From: Methanocellales archaeon
GTDB taxonomy: Archaea; Halobacteriota; UBA148
Assembly: GCA_028715985.1 (NCBI GenBank)
Contig: JAQUQR010000001.1
Coordinates: 267,905 to 331,904, forward strand
Direction of reading: 5' to 3'
DNA length: 64,000 nucleotides
Both the position numbers and the translations under genes were made by a program. Below are positions 42,981 to 53,828 of this stretch, piece after piece. Within the stretch, counting starts at the first letter, position 1. The number at the start of each line of letters is the position of its first letter. Below the pieces are notes generated by a model. The model searched no databases. It was not told the origin of the DNA and saw only the letters and a list, made by a program, of their open reading frames with translations.

Positions 42981-43748
42981 TCAAACTCTCACTTCTAAAA
43001 TCTTATTGGTAAGCTCTTCAATCTCTCTTAGGTCCACCTTAATTTCTTCGCCAGCCAAACAAGCCTTAAACAAATCCTTGTTCGCTGGGATAATCCCTGC
43101 AACGTTGACTTTGCTCCTGTTCAGTGACTTGAGCATCATATCCCTGCTATCTTCATCAACCTTGTTGAGAACAAAATAGATCATCTTTCCGATGCCCTTT
43201 GCCATCTCTTCAATCTTTTTAGCGAGTTTCAGCGATTCGTAGGATGGTTCAACGACTGCGAGGATGACATCACATCCCTGTTCAACTCCTCTGCCGAAAT
43301 GCTCGATTCCAGCATCGGTATCAACGATTACTACCTCTTTATCTGTTACATCCAAATTGTCGAGCAGACTTTTTGCAAGAGCGCCCATTGGACAAGCACA
43401 GCCCTCTCTAAACTCGTGGATTTTTCCAATGGCAAGAAGTTTTATTCCATTCTTTTCAACTATGTATTCCCGTGGTAGATCACTGATCCCCCATCTTTTA
43501 TCAAAGATACTAATCGATTCTCCTTTTTTAAAGAGCTCCATCATCCTCTTGCCTAGCTCCTTCTTTCCGCCAAAGAAGTTCATAAAGTCATCCGGTAGTT
43601 CCATGCCTAATTGACAATGCAATCCATAGTTCGATTCGTCGCTGTCAATTACAAGGATATTAAATCCCTTCTCTGCAATTGATTTCGCAAGCAACGACGA
43701 TATTGTGCTCTTTCCACTACCTCCTTTACCGCATATCAGTACCTTCAT
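42981..43748 (-). CDS. cooC: CooC-type nickel-insertion ATPase
   Basis: GKGGSGKST, GCAC, DTDAGIEHFGRG. Confidence 0.85.
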   Translation of the reverse strand: MKVLICGKGGSGKSTISSLLAKSIAEKGFNILVIDSDESNYGLHCQLGMELPDDFMNFFGGKKELGKRMMELFKKGESISIFDKRWGISDLPREYIVEKNGIKLLAIGKIHEFREGCACPMGALAKSLLDNLDVTDKEVVIVDTDAGIEHFGRGVEQGCDVILAVVEPSYESLKLAKKIEEMAKGIGKMIYFVLNKVDEDSRDMMLKSLNRSKVNVAGIIPANKDLFKACLAGEEIKVDLREIEELTNKILEVRV

Positions 43749-43769
43749 TTTTTTATTATCCCCTAATTT

Positions 43770-44612
43770 TTACTCTTCATGCTCGTTCTTCTGCCACCAA
43801 ATCGTAGCGTTTTTAGATCTATGCTTAAAGCAGAGCTTTCCATCATGTTCTACCAAGGTTTTGGATAAATGCTCTCTCAAAACCTCCTCCTTTTCTGGTG
43901 GTATATCACGCATTTCTTTCCATTTGGTCACCGCATCAGTCAGGCTCTCGTAGTGCTGTTCAAACTCTATGTCTCTGATGTCAACATTCGCATAGATTTT
44001 CATGTCGTGCAGAAGGTTGCAAAAGAAAATATAATCCGGCGGCTCCCATGCTCGATGTTCTTCGCCATAAATCGCTTTCCAGAGTTTGCCTTCTTCCCCG
44101 TCGCCCCTCCATCTGCCAGCATGTGTAATGATATAAACATACTTTTTAGATACAGCATCCATCTTTGCTATTGCTTCCTGTATATCATACATGCCAAGCG
44201 AGCGACAAGCAATCACGACATCGTGTTGCTCTATATCCACGCCCAGCTCGATGTCTTCCCATCTTTTGTTTATGCACACGATGTTTGTTGTGGCCTCTTT
44301 TTTTATGTTCTCCTGTAAGCATGTCAGCATGCCTTCGGATTGGTCTATCGCAGTCACATTCTTTACGCGCTTTGCGATGGGAATGGCAAGTCTTCCGGTG
44401 CCGGCACCCACGTCCAGAACCGTGTATTCTGGCTTCAATTTGAGGTTTGCTATCTGTTTTTCAGCACGCTCGCGGTTCTGCATCATGAATCCATTGAATT
44501 GTTTTGCCCGTTTATCCCATATGCTGCCGGGGTCCTCTCCGTGAGCCCTTCCCCGAGGATGACCTGCCCTTATCGATCTCCACAACTCATTCCAATTTAT
44601 TATTCCTGTCAT
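43770..44612 (-). CDS. class I SAM-dependent methyltransferase
   Basis: VLDVGAGTG; family typically linked to metal-chelate ABC operons. Confidence 0.88.
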   Translation of the reverse strand: MTGIINWNELWRSIRAGHPRGRAHGEDPGSIWDKRAKQFNGFMMQNRERAEKQIANLKLKPEYTVLDVGAGTGRLAIPIAKRVKNVTAIDQSEGMLTCLQENIKKEATTNIVCINKRWEDIELGVDIEQHDVVIACRSLGMYDIQEAIAKMDAVSKKYVYIITHAGRWRGDGEEGKLWKAIYGEEHRAWEPPDYIFFCNLLHDMKIYANVDIRDIEFEQHYESLTDAVTKWKEMRDIPPEKEEVLREHLSKTLVEHDGKLCFKHRSKNATIWWQKNEHEE

Positions 44613-44703
44613 GTTCGTCGTTCCTTTGTTCCTATCATTTCATAAATAGTCGGAAGGGGGATACAAGACCCTCCTCTAACGTCTCATCTCACGGTTTAGG
44701 AGT

Positions 44704-45987
44704 TTATTGCGTATCTAAGTATTCACGTGGCCAGATCAAATAATCGGCATAATCTGTGAAGACACCGTCAACTCCAAGAAATGCCTCAAATATTTCGTTA
44801 CCCTCTTTCTCCAAATCCAAATCCTTGAATTCATCTGGATGGAGCAATTTAGCCATATACATCATGTTAAAAAGGTTTCTGTCCGGAGGCTGGCCTCTGC
44901 AATGGGGATAAAAGCAATTGTAGACGGTATCGTTCTGTATGGCGGATATTGATTGTAAAAATGCGGCGTTTCGTATATTATCAATATCGTCCACAGCATC
45001 TGGATCGCTGCAAGAAATGAAAATATACTCTGGATTCCATGTGATGATCTGCTCTATTCCAACATTGATTGTGGCGCCTGGCTCATCTTTTGCTACATTT
45101 ATTCCACCGGCTATGTCCAAAGGCGGGTATTTAGGTTCGGTGCGTGTGAAATCACGTCCTTCCTTTGGATCGTAGAAACCCTTGCCAGCGCCGCGGGGTG
45201 CGAAGTACACCGTTGGCTTTTCGCTCTCATTTAAAGTTTCTGTAACTGATCTCACCATATTGACTTTAGATTCAATGAAATCGATCAGCTCTTGTGCATC
45301 ATCCTCCTTATCTAACGCCTTCCCCACGACTTCGATCTGCCCATATACACCGTCTTTATAGTCAAATACCCACCCGCTACCCTCAGCAACTACACAAGGG
45401 ACGCCTACTTTGGTTTCAAAGTCTGCGGCATTTGTAATACTTGATGTAAAGATCACATCTGGACGAAGCGAAGCCATCAGCTCGTAATATATGTCATACC
45501 TCGTGCTCGTCTCGGGAAGGTCAGGCATTCTTCCATCGAGTATGGTATAATAGCAATCCAGACATCCTTCTCCAAACGTTTCGAAAGTCGTAGGGCAAAG
45601 ACACGACTTAGTTGCCTGCTCTGATGCTACGAGTTTATCGCCTGCACCAACAGCAATGACTGATCTGGCGGTGTCTGGTTCTCTGGTAATCACCCGTTCA
45701 ACTGGTCTACAAAAAGTCACTTCGCGCCCTGCAGTATCTACAATCTTTTTCGGCTCTCCGCCCCAGTACGCATATACCCACGCAGCATCTCCAATCTCAT
45801 CTAATGAGTGCTCTCCTTCATCAAGCATGTATGGGAGGATTGCGTTCACAAGCTCCTCCTTTGTTAATATATTATCCCCGTCATCACATGGTATTTTCAT
45901 TTCGTATGCAGCCGCAGGCGTGACTGCCAGCGGCATCGCGGATGAAAGGAGCAATATTACCAATACAAGGGATAACATCCTTCTCAT
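44704..45987 (-). CDS. metal-chelate ABC substrate-binding protein with extra N-terminal domain
   Basis: signal peptide; DTAGREV..PVERV, LRPDVI, EQIITWNP. Confidence 0.85.
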   Translation of the reverse strand: MRRMLSLVLVILLLSSAMPLAVTPAAAYEMKIPCDDGDNILTKEELVNAILPYMLDEGEHSLDEIGDAAWVYAYWGGEPKKIVDTAGREVTFCRPVERVITREPDTARSVIAVGAGDKLVASEQATKSCLCPTTFETFGEGCLDCYYTILDGRMPDLPETSTRYDIYYELMASLRPDVIFTSSITNAADFETKVGVPCVVAEGSGWVFDYKDGVYGQIEVVGKALDKEDDAQELIDFIESKVNMVRSVTETLNESEKPTVYFAPRGAGKGFYDPKEGRDFTRTEPKYPPLDIAGGINVAKDEPGATINVGIEQIITWNPEYIFISCSDPDAVDDIDNIRNAAFLQSISAIQNDTVYNCFYPHCRGQPPDRNLFNMMYMAKLLHPDEFKDLDLEKEGNEIFEAFLGVDGVFTDYADYLIWPREYLDTQ

Positions 45988-46117
45988 TCTGCGTCACCTC
46001 TTATTTTTTTTTACTCCGCAGGGATGATCTTCAACTTTAATCTCGCCATGGTACTCTTTTATCTCTGGCGTGCACTCCTTTGGGGCGTGTTCATAATCCT
46101 TCGAGTATTCCTCTTGT

Positions 46118-46780
46118 TTACACATCTTTCGTGTTTCCCCCTCCTCTCTTTCTACAAACAACCAAACACGCTATTGCCAATGATGCCACTGCGAAAATCG
46201 CATCGAAGCCCGGCACATCAGATGTAGATATTGGCGTTGGACTTGGTATTGGCGGAGTTGTAGGTGTAGTGGCTGCTACTGGCTTTGGAGTTGCTAGTGT
46301 GGGCGTAGGTGTTGCTACCGTAGGTGTTGCCGACTTCACTACCACCATAGCATCTGCTATCGTCTCCCATCTTTCTTTACCCTCTTCTAGTTCTGGACTT
46401 AGCACTAGCAGGTCTACCCACTTACCGGTGAACGTGCCTTCGCCTGAAGAAGGTGCCTTCACCTTATATGTGATCTCCGTCTCGTTTATCACCGCAAATG
46501 CAATCTTCTGCCCTGAAATGCTGACCTGATTTGAGGGGTGCATCGTGCTGACATAGGAGAATCCTTCTGGAAGAGTTTCCACGATGCCGCCGATATTAAG
46601 ATCAGATATGGTCAGCATAACATTGAACTCTGAATTTGGAGACGGAGATGTCGTTGAAAAACTTCTGGTAACGTTTATTTCCTCCGCCATTACTGGTGTT
46701 GCCCATAAGAAAAGACAAGCGGACACTAGCAAGAGCGCTACCACCTTCATTTTCACCTTTTTGCTACCTCCATCTGGCAT
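46118..46780 (-). CDS. PGF-CTERM surface protein (ArtA substrate)
   Basis: signal peptide, beta domain, Thr/Pro linker, VPGF + TM + RKR. Confidence 0.88.
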   Translation of the reverse strand: MPDGGSKKVKMKVVALLLVSACLFLWATPVMAEEINVTRSFSTTSPSPNSEFNVMLTISDLNIGGIVETLPEGFSYVSTMHPSNQVSISGQKIAFAVINETEITYKVKAPSSGEGTFTGKWVDLLVLSPELEEGKERWETIADAMVVVKSATPTVATPTPTLATPKPVAATTPTTPPIPSPTPISTSDVPGFDAIFAVASLAIACLVVCRKRGGGNTKDV

Positions 46781-46815
46781 TAATCTCCTTTACTACCATA
46801 GGTATGCTCCCTCAT

Positions 46816-46956
46816 GTAATAAATATGTTTTGGTTAGTAATATTCTAAACATACAAAAAATATTATTAGTAATAACACTTTTCAGTTTTCAGGAATTTTA
46901 ACATAAAAATGAATATTGTTAAAACCTAGTGTTATCTTTAGGAAAAAATTTATTAC
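46816..46956. promoter_or_regulatory. two NikR-box-like sites in divergent promoter
   Basis: GTAATA-N16-TAATAT (46816-46843) and GTGTTA-N16-TATTAC (46929-46956), same spacing as GTATGA-N16-TCATAC. Confidence 0.55.
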
Positions 46957-47064
46957 CAATGGCGACAATTAACTCGTTGAGAGTTAAATGATCATGAATT
47001 TATCATCACTACGCTCGTTAACTCTCCATGAAATGTGAAAAAAGTTATCAATAAGGTGATAAAA

Positions 47065-47700
47065 TTGCACATACCAGACGGATTTTTAAGCACGCCGATA
47101 TGGGTGTCTATGTGGGTCATAGCTATATTGATCGTTGGTTACGCTGTCAGGAGAACAAATGAAAAGCTCGGCGAAAGGCACGTGCCCATGATGGGCGTTC
47201 TGGCCGCATTCATATTTGCAGCGCAGATGCTGAACACGCCAGTTGCAGGTGGCACATCAGGACACATGCTCGGCGGCGTTCTATCAGCCATATTCCTTGG
47301 GCCTTTTGCTGCTACGATAGTCATGTCAACCGTTTTTGCCGTCCAAGCCATATTCTTTCAGGACGGAGGAATCACCGCCTTGGGAGCGAACATAATCAAC
47401 ATGGGATTGATAGGGACAATTGTGGGATATTACATGTATCGAGGAATACAAAAGGCAGTTGGGGGTGAAAAAGGGATTTTGATCGGTGCAGGGGTGGCTG
47501 CATGGATAGCTTTGGTGCTTGGAGCAATATCTTGTGCGCTAATGCTTTGGTCCTCTGGAGTTGTTCCTTTAGGAGTTGCATTGCCAGCGATGGCTGGTAT
47601 ACATATGTTTATCGGACTCATCGAGGCGGGCATCACGGTAGTAGTCGTGGGAATGGTGTTAAAGTCTAGGCCAGATTTACTGGAATTGCAAAAAATATAG
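47065..47700 (+). CDS. cbiM: ECF Ni/Co transporter S component CbiM/NikM
   Basis: N-terminal MHIPDGFL (TTG start), GTSGH, DGGITALGAN. Confidence 0.93.
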   Translation: MHIPDGFLSTPIWVSMWVIAILIVGYAVRRTNEKLGERHVPMMGVLAAFIFAAQMLNTPVAGGTSGHMLGGVLSAIFLGPFAATIVMSTVFAVQAIFFQDGGITALGANIINMGLIGTIVGYYMYRGIQKAVGGEKGILIGAGVAAWIALVLGAISCALMLWSSGVVPLGVALPAMAGIHMFIGLIEAGITVVVVGMVLKSRPDLLELQKI

Positions 47701-47727
47701 GTAATATAATATATAGGGGTGATATAA

Positions 47728-48036
47728 ATGATGAATATGAAATGGTGGCATATTGGTCTTATCGTAGCGTTGGTTCTTGCTGGGGGAGTCTCTCTATTTG
47801 CTTCCTCGTCCCCGGATGGTTTGGAGAGAGTTGCAATAGACCATGACTTCATAGAACTGGGTGAAGGGCATGAAGTGATGCATTCACCGATGCCTGATTA
47901 TGTCATGCCAGGCATAAGTAATGAAACCTTGGCAGCCTCGCTTGCAGGCTTGATAGGGACCCTGATGATGTTTGGACTCGTATATGGACTGGGAAAAGTG
48001 TTGAAGGGGAGTTCCGAGGGGAGTTCAGAGAAGTAA
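47728..48036 (+). CDS. PDGLE-domain (NikN) component
   Basis: ASSSPDGLERVA, PMPDY. Confidence 0.9.
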   Translation: MMNMKWWHIGLIVALVLAGGVSLFASSSPDGLERVAIDHDFIELGEGHEVMHSPMPDYVMPGISNETLAASLAGLIGTLMMFGLVYGLGKVLKGSSEGSSEK

Positions 48037-48284
48037 ACTCCCCTCTTAACACTTTTTTCCCTCTTATCACTTTTTTCTGTGTTTTTTTACCAAGGTGATT
48101 GGTTGGGCGAAAATCTGATGAAGGTTTAGTTATTTTTAGCTACAAAAAGTATAACATGGTGGAGACAAAAATTAAAGTTTTTGTTGGGGCGCTGGAGAGC
48201 AGGTGCATGAAAAAAGTTATCGAAATGCCGAAAAGATGCCACGAGAACTTTAGGGCAAGGGTAGAAACAAAAGGGTGTTGAAAG

Positions 48285-49052
48285 ATGAAACACGACTTCC
48301 TAGACAAGTATGCTGAGCTTGATAGCGTAATACATCGCTTAGATCCACGTATAAAGATAATCTCCTTCTTTTCTTTCATATTCTTAGTGATATCCACCCA
48401 GCCAACCAAATTCTTAAATTTTGTGTTGTATTTCTTGTTGATATTTGGCGTCATTCTGGTCTCGAAAGTTCCGCTGAGGTTTGTATTTAAAAGATCACTG
48501 GTTATAATCCCATTTGTTTTGCTTATAGCGATTTTCATTCCATTCCTCAAGGAGGGGGAGATCGCAGGTTCATACAACTTTGCATCTCTGCATTTGACCG
48601 TAACTTATGATGGACTAATAATTCTGTTCAACGTGCTATCAAAATCATGGCTATCGGTATTAAGTATGCTCGCTCTTGCATCCACGACGAAGTTCCCAGA
48701 GCTCTTAAAGGGCTTTGAAAAGCTTGGTCTGCCAAGAGTGATGGTGATGATACTCTCCTTCATGTACCGCTACGTTTTCGTTCTGGGGGATGAGTTGATG
48801 CGGATGAAATGTGCTAGAGATGCGAGAAGTTTCGGTGGAAACAGCAAATGGCATATAAAAACGATCGGAAACATAATTGGAATGTTGTTCATCAGAACCT
48901 ATGAAAGAGGTGAGCGAGTTTATATTGCGATGGTTTCAAGGGGCTTCAGTGGTAAGATAAAAATATTGGATGATCTGCACGTGAAAAGACTTGACCTCTG
49001 TTTCATGGTCTTCTTCCTTGCATTCCTCACGGTTATTTGGGCGGTGTTATAA
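48285..49052 (+). CDS. cbiQ: ECF T component CbiQ/NikQ
   Basis: HRLDPRIK, YRY, AMVSRGF. Confidence 0.92.
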   Translation: MKHDFLDKYAELDSVIHRLDPRIKIISFFSFIFLVISTQPTKFLNFVLYFLLIFGVILVSKVPLRFVFKRSLVIIPFVLLIAIFIPFLKEGEIAGSYNFASLHLTVTYDGLIILFNVLSKSWLSVLSMLALASTTKFPELLKGFEKLGLPRVMVMILSFMYRYVFVLGDELMRMKCARDARSFGGNSKWHIKTIGNIIGMLFIRTYERGERVYIAMVSRGFSGKIKILDDLHVKRLDLCFMVFFLAFLTVIWAVL

Positions 49053-49859
49053 TTGGCGAAAAAAGTGGTTGAGATAAAAGGATTGGAATATGCGTATCCG
49101 GATGGCATTAGGGCGCTGAAGGGGATTAGCTTAGACATTTTTGAGGGAGAATCTATTGCACTAATAGGGCTTAATGGGGCTGGAAAGTCAACGCTGCTAT
49201 TGCATTTGAACGGCATTCTTCAAAGCGATATAGGCACTGTCGAAGTTTTGGGGATGAAGGTGAATGGGAATATCCAGGAGATTAGGAGCAAAGTCGGCCT
49301 GGTCTTTCAAGACCCAGATGACCAACTTTTCATGCCAACTGTATTTGATGATGTTGCATTTGGGCCAATAAACATGGGTTTTTCTGAGGAGAAGGTAAAA
49401 GAAAAAGTCAGGATGGCGTTAGAACTGGTGAACATGTCAGGCTGTGAGGCAAGGGGCCCCCATCACATGAGTTTTGGTGAAAAGAAAAGAATTGCCATTG
49501 CCACTGTTTTGTCGATGGAGCCGGAAATACTGGTATTGGATGAGCCGACTAGTAACGTTGACCCAAATGCACGAAAGCATCTGATAGAACTTCTGAATGA
49601 ACTCGACATAACCAAAATAATGGCAACCCATGACATAGAGATGGTCTCAGATACCTGTGACAGAGCTATCGTGATGTCCGAAGGAAAAATAGCTGCGAAT
49701 GGGGCTGTAAGGGAGGTGTTAACCAACTCCGAACTCCTGGAATCGCAGGGATTGGAGGCCCCAATATTGGTTAAACTTTTCAGAGATGTTCTGCATAGGG
49801 AAAATATTCCCATAAGGCTGAATGATGTGATAGAAAAGCCAAATATGTATAAAATCTAA
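49053..49859 (+). CDS. cbiO: ECF ATPase CbiO/NikO
   Basis: NGAGKST, FQDPDDQLF, DEPT. Confidence 0.92.
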   Translation: MAKKVVEIKGLEYAYPDGIRALKGISLDIFEGESIALIGLNGAGKSTLLLHLNGILQSDIGTVEVLGMKVNGNIQEIRSKVGLVFQDPDDQLFMPTVFDDVAFGPINMGFSEEKVKEKVRMALELVNMSGCEARGPHHMSFGEKKRIAIATVLSMEPEILVLDEPTSNVDPNARKHLIELLNELDITKIMATHDIEMVSDTCDRAIVMSEGKIAANGAVREVLTNSELLESQGLEAPILVKLFRDVLHRENIPIRLNDVIEKPNMYKI

Positions 49860-49869
49860 CTATTAACCT

Positions 49870-51090
49870 GTGAACGAACGAACAAAAGAATTTATCCGGG
49901 ACCGATTTAGGAAATATTACCACTCCACATCCATCCAGCTTCCATCTAGGTTTGAGCAGCGAGAGTGGGGGTTCATATTCTTCGATGAGTCTTTTCCAGA
50001 CATCGTGATGAGGAGACACAAGTCATTTATGACCGCGTGGGAGGCGATCGATTATCTCAGAACTATGGTTCCAGCTCATGCATTTCATTCGGCAGCATAT
50101 TATATGTCTCCTGGCGCTCCTAGCATGGAGGAAAAGGGATGGCAAGGTGCAGACTTGATTTTCGATATAGATGCAGATCATCTTCCTATAAAATGGACGA
50201 CCTACGGGGAAATGCTTCAGAGAACGAAAGAAGAGCTACTCAAGCTCCTAGGTTTTCTTAGAGAGGACTTTGCGATCGCTGAGGATGACATTGAGATAGT
50301 GTTTTCGGGTGGGAGGGGTTACCATATCCATGTGCGGGATTCAAGGTTGATAGGGTTAGGGAGTCCAGAGCGCAGGGAAATTGTGGACTACGTTAAAGGT
50401 CCGGACATGGGTCAATTTTTTGAGAAGAAAAAAGGAAGCGAAGAAGGGGCAAACGGTCGCAAGAAGGCTTACAAACGCTTTGAGGTAAAATATGGGGGAG
50501 GGGGTTGGGACGGAAGGATTAACAAATCAATTGTTGGTTTTGTGGATGCTATAAGGCAGATGCCTAAAGATAAAGCGCTGGAGTTTTTGATGAGCTACGA
50601 GAGCTTTAAAAAAAGAAGAAGTGCGGAAGAGTTTTTTGACATGTTTCAAGACGAGAGAAGAATTCAGTTGATTAAGGAAAGGGGAACTATTGACATCCTT
50701 AGGGGCTCTGAAAAATTTTGGCGGTCGTTGATCGAAGAATCCATAAAAAGGGAAAGTATAAGCATGGATATGCCTAGTATCGATATAGGTAAGGGTACTC
50801 CAGATGAACCTGTCACAGCGGATGTCAAGCGGCTGATCCGCCTACCTACCTCCATTCACGGGGGGTATGGTTTTCGAGTAACGCCACTGACGCCGGAGGA
50901 GCTGGGAGTGTTTAATCCATTAAGCGATGCCATCGTATTTGGAGACGACCTGATTAGAGTTAATGTGACCAAAAAGAGCGATGTTGAGATAAAGGATAAT
51001 AGATATGTGCTAAAAAGAGGAAAAAAAAGCCTTCCTGAGCATCTGGCAATATTTTTGATGTGTAGGGGTGCAGCAGAGTATGAACCTTGA
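49870..51090 (+). CDS. priS: DNA primase small (catalytic) subunit
   Basis: REWGF, DLIFDIDAD, SGGRGYH, RLIRLPTSIHG. Confidence 0.95.
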   Translation: MNERTKEFIRDRFRKYYHSTSIQLPSRFEQREWGFIFFDESFPDIVMRRHKSFMTAWEAIDYLRTMVPAHAFHSAAYYMSPGAPSMEEKGWQGADLIFDIDADHLPIKWTTYGEMLQRTKEELLKLLGFLREDFAIAEDDIEIVFSGGRGYHIHVRDSRLIGLGSPERREIVDYVKGPDMGQFFEKKKGSEEGANGRKKAYKRFEVKYGGGGWDGRINKSIVGFVDAIRQMPKDKALEFLMSYESFKKRRSAEEFFDMFQDERRIQLIKERGTIDILRGSEKFWRSLIEESIKRESISMDMPSIDIGKGTPDEPVTADVKRLIRLPTSIHGGYGFRVTPLTPEELGVFNPLSDAIVFGDDLIRVNVTKKSDVEIKDNRYVLKRGKKSLPEHLAIFLMCRGAAEYEP

Positions 51091-51679
51091 TGATTTACGT
51101 CTGATTCAGGTAAAAGAACGCCGGTCTGAGGGATTGCAAGAGCTCGAGCGAGATTTTTATGGACAGGTTAGGACATACATACAAGCGTTAGAGGCTGATA
51201 AACATAAGGCCCCTCAGGCGATGAAAATTGATGATGAGCTGCGGAGCGTGCGTAGCGTTATCGAGGGCATATTCAACCGACGCATTGGCAAGATCGTTAA
51301 GATGGCATCCTCTAGGGCAGGTGGGCTGCAAGAATCCCCTAAAGGTGCGACACCAGAAGAATTGGATTTATTCGAGCAATTGACCGATTTGATCTCAAGG
51401 AGTAGGACAATTATAATAGATCCCGTCATTAAGCCAAAGTTGTCCAAGAGCGAAAGTTCTTTAACACCCCAGCTCCCTACAAACGTGAAAATAAGGAAGG
51501 AGTGCAGGATGTTGAGAGTATTAGAAAATATCCCTATGTTTGTGGGTGCTGATGGTCGCAATTATCAGTTATCAAAAGAAGATTTGATCGTTTTACCAAA
51601 AGTAAATTCGAAGGTATTATGTGATCATCATGTAGCAATACCAGTTAAAATGGGGGGCAAAGAATATGAAGATGCCTAA
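51080..51679 (+). CDS. GINS-like replication protein
   Basis: ER...LQEL..DFY, RRIGKI, C-terminal B-domain; priS-linked. Confidence 0.75.
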   Translation: MNLDDLRLIQVKERRSEGLQELERDFYGQVRTYIQALEADKHKAPQAMKIDDELRSVRSVIEGIFNRRIGKIVKMASSRAGGLQESPKGATPEELDLFEQLTDLISRSRTIIIDPVIKPKLSKSESSLTPQLPTNVKIRKECRMLRVLENIPMFVGADGRNYQLSKEDLIVLPKVNSKVLCDHHVAIPVKMGGKEYEDA

Positions 51680-51944
51680 GGATTTGAGGACACATTGTCC
51701 TTATTGCAATAAGCATACCATGCATGAGGTGGAAAGAGTCAAGAAAGGGAGAATTTCGACGTTAACTTGGATTACGCGGCAGAAGAAAAGGGCAAAAGGC
51801 ATAGGTAATCTGGGGAAGTTTTCCAAGGTTCCCGGTGGAGATAAACCTACGAAAAGGGTAGCATTAAGGTATCGATGCACTGAGTGCAAGAAAGCACATC
51901 AGAGGCCTTGTTTTAGAGCCTCAAGATTTGAGTTGGTGGAATGA
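51666..51944 (+). CDS. rpl44e: 50S ribosomal protein L44e
   Basis: [19 protein letters not shown]. Confidence 0.95.
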   Translation: MKMPKDLRTHCPYCNKHTMHEVERVKKGRISTLTWITRQKKRAKGIGNLGKFSKVPGGDKPTKRVALRYRCTECKKAHQRPCFRASRFELVE

Positions 51945-52120
51945 ATATGAATATGGACTCAAAATTTGTTAGGGTGAAATGTGATGATTGTGAGAATGAG
52001 CAAGTGGTCTTTAACAAGGCCAGTTCTATCGTAAAATGTCTAGTTTGTGGTCGCACACTTGCAGAGCCAAGAGGTGGTAAGGCGGAAATTAAAACGCAGG
52101 TATTGGAAGTTTTAGGGTGA
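51941..52120 (+). CDS. rps27e: 30S ribosomal protein S27e (absent from ORF track)
   Basis: [18 protein letters not shown]...[16 protein letters not shown]. Confidence 0.95.
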   Translation: MNMNMDSKFVRVKCDDCENEQVVFNKASSIVKCLVCGRTLAEPRGGKAEIKTQVLEVLG

Positions 52121-52911
52121 TGATCATTCACAAAGAGTGGCCAGACCAGGGAGAATTGGTCGTATGCACTGTAAAAAAGGTGGTTGATTTTGGGGCATTT
52201 GTCGGTCTAGATGAATATGAGGGCAAAGAAGGATTGATTCATGTCTCAGAAGTTGCCTCTGGTTGGATAAAATATATTCGCGATCATATCAGGGAGGGGC
52301 AGAAGATCGTTTGCAAAGTTCTAAACGTAGTGCCATCTAGAGGCCATATCGATTTATCGCTGAAAGATGTGAATGAACATCAGAGAAAGGAGAAGATACA
52401 TGCATGGAAGAATGAGCAAAAAGCTGAAAAAATGTTGCATTTTGTCGCTTCAGCAGCAGGTGTAGATGTTGACCAGCTGTATGCTGAGATCGGCGATAAG
52501 TTGATAAAAAAGTTTGGCAGTCTCTACGCGGCATTTGAGGATGTAGTGGTTGGTGATTGCAGTGTGTTGACCGATATCGGGGTAAGCAAGGAATATGCCG
52601 ATATAATCGTGAGAGTTGCGAGGGAGAACGTTAAACCCCCTATAGTCGATATCGCTGGTTATGTTAGTCTCACATGCCCCCTACCTAATGGTGTTGAAGT
52701 GATCAAGGAGGCATTGGATAAAGCCTCTAAAGTTGAGATACCAGAGGTCGACATCGGAGTCAGTTACGTCGGTGCACCTCACTATCTCATTCGAATTACT
52801 GCTCCGGATTATAAGAGAGCCGAGGTCGCACTTAGAAAAGTAGCAGAAGCAGCCATTCAAATAGTGGAAAAATCGGAAGGTATTGGGAAGTTTCATAGGG
52901 AACGGGCATGA
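52117..52911 (+). CDS. eif2a: translation initiation factor 2 alpha
   Basis: S1 domain, [17 protein letters not shown]. Confidence 0.95.
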   Translation: MMIIHKEWPDQGELVVCTVKKVVDFGAFVGLDEYEGKEGLIHVSEVASGWIKYIRDHIREGQKIVCKVLNVVPSRGHIDLSLKDVNEHQRKEKIHAWKNEQKAEKMLHFVASAAGVDVDQLYAEIGDKLIKKFGSLYAAFEDVVVGDCSVLTDIGVSKEYADIIVRVARENVKPPIVDIAGYVSLTCPLPNGVEVIKEALDKASKVEIPEVDIGVSYVGAPHYLIRITAPDYKRAEVALRKVAEAAIQIVEKSEGIGKFHRERA

Positions 52912-52912
52912 A

Positions 52913-53098
52913 ATGAAATCCAAAATGCGAAGATGCGCATGTGGCATATACACTCTCCAAAAAATTTGTCCGGTTTGTGGGAGCGATACAAAAAATCCAT
53001 TGCCTCCCAGGTTCTCCCCTGTTGATCCCTATGGTAAGTATCGGAGACAGATGAAAAAAAAGAGGTGTGAGGGTGGAAACCAGCATTGTTCAAATTAA
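52913..53098 (+). CDS. nop10: H/ACA RNP protein Nop10
   Basis: YTL...CPVCG...PPRFSPVDPYGKYR. Confidence 0.92.
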   Translation: MKSKMRRCACGIYTLQKICPVCGSDTKNPLPPRFSPVDPYGKYRRQMKKKRCEGGNQHCSN

Positions 53099-53828
53099 AG
53101 ACGTGATCTTAAAAAATCCGATCATGATTGAGGGTCTGCCAGGTATTGGCCATGTAGGAAAGTTGGTTGCAGAACACATGGTGGAAGAGCTAGGCGCCGA
53201 AAAGATAATAGAGATATATTCCTCTCACTTTCCCCCACAGGTTTTAGTGATGAAGGATGGTACGGTAGAATTGGCAAAGAATGAAGTATACGCGTGGTCT
53301 GGTGGTAAACATGATCTCCTCTTGCTTGTGGGGGCCTATCAGAGCACTACCAATGTTGGTCACTATGAGTTAACTGGGGTATATCTGGACATCGCTCAAA
53401 AGTATGGTGTGAAGAGAATTTACACATTGGGGGGTTATGGCGTAGGTCATTTGGTCGAAAGGCCAAGAGTGTTAGGCGCAGTAAACAATATAGCTCTGGT
53501 GGATGAGATGAAGAAATATGGGGTATCCTTTGAAGAAGACGAGCCCGGCGGCGGCATAATAGGTGCATCGGGATTACTTCTTGGCATGGGGAGGCAAAGA
53601 GGCATAGATGCCATCTGCTTAATGGGTGAGACCTCTGGATATTTAGTGGACCCCGAAAGCGCGCAAGCTGTACTAAAAAGCTTATCCAAGGCTCTCGGAA
53701 TGAAAATCGACATGAGGGCTCTAGAGGACAGGGCCAAAGAGATGGAGAAGATAATCGCCAGGCTAAGGGAAATGGAGCAAGGTCCTGCAATAGAGCCCAT
53801 CGAGGAAGACCTGAGTTATATTGGATGA
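53067..53828 (+). CDS. PAC2-family proteasome assembly chaperone
   Basis: EGLPGIGHVGK, GASGLLLG, MGETSGY. Confidence 0.9.
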   Translation: MRVETSIVQIKDVILKNPIMIEGLPGIGHVGKLVAEHMVEELGAEKIIEIYSSHFPPQVLVMKDGTVELAKNEVYAWSGGKHDLLLLVGAYQSTTNVGHYELTGVYLDIAQKYGVKRIYTLGGYGVGHLVERPRVLGAVNNIALVDEMKKYGVSFEEDEPGGGIIGASGLLLGMGRQRGIDAICLMGETSGYLVDPESAQAVLKSLSKALGMKIDMRALEDRAKEMEKIIARLREMEQGPAIEPIEEDLSYIG

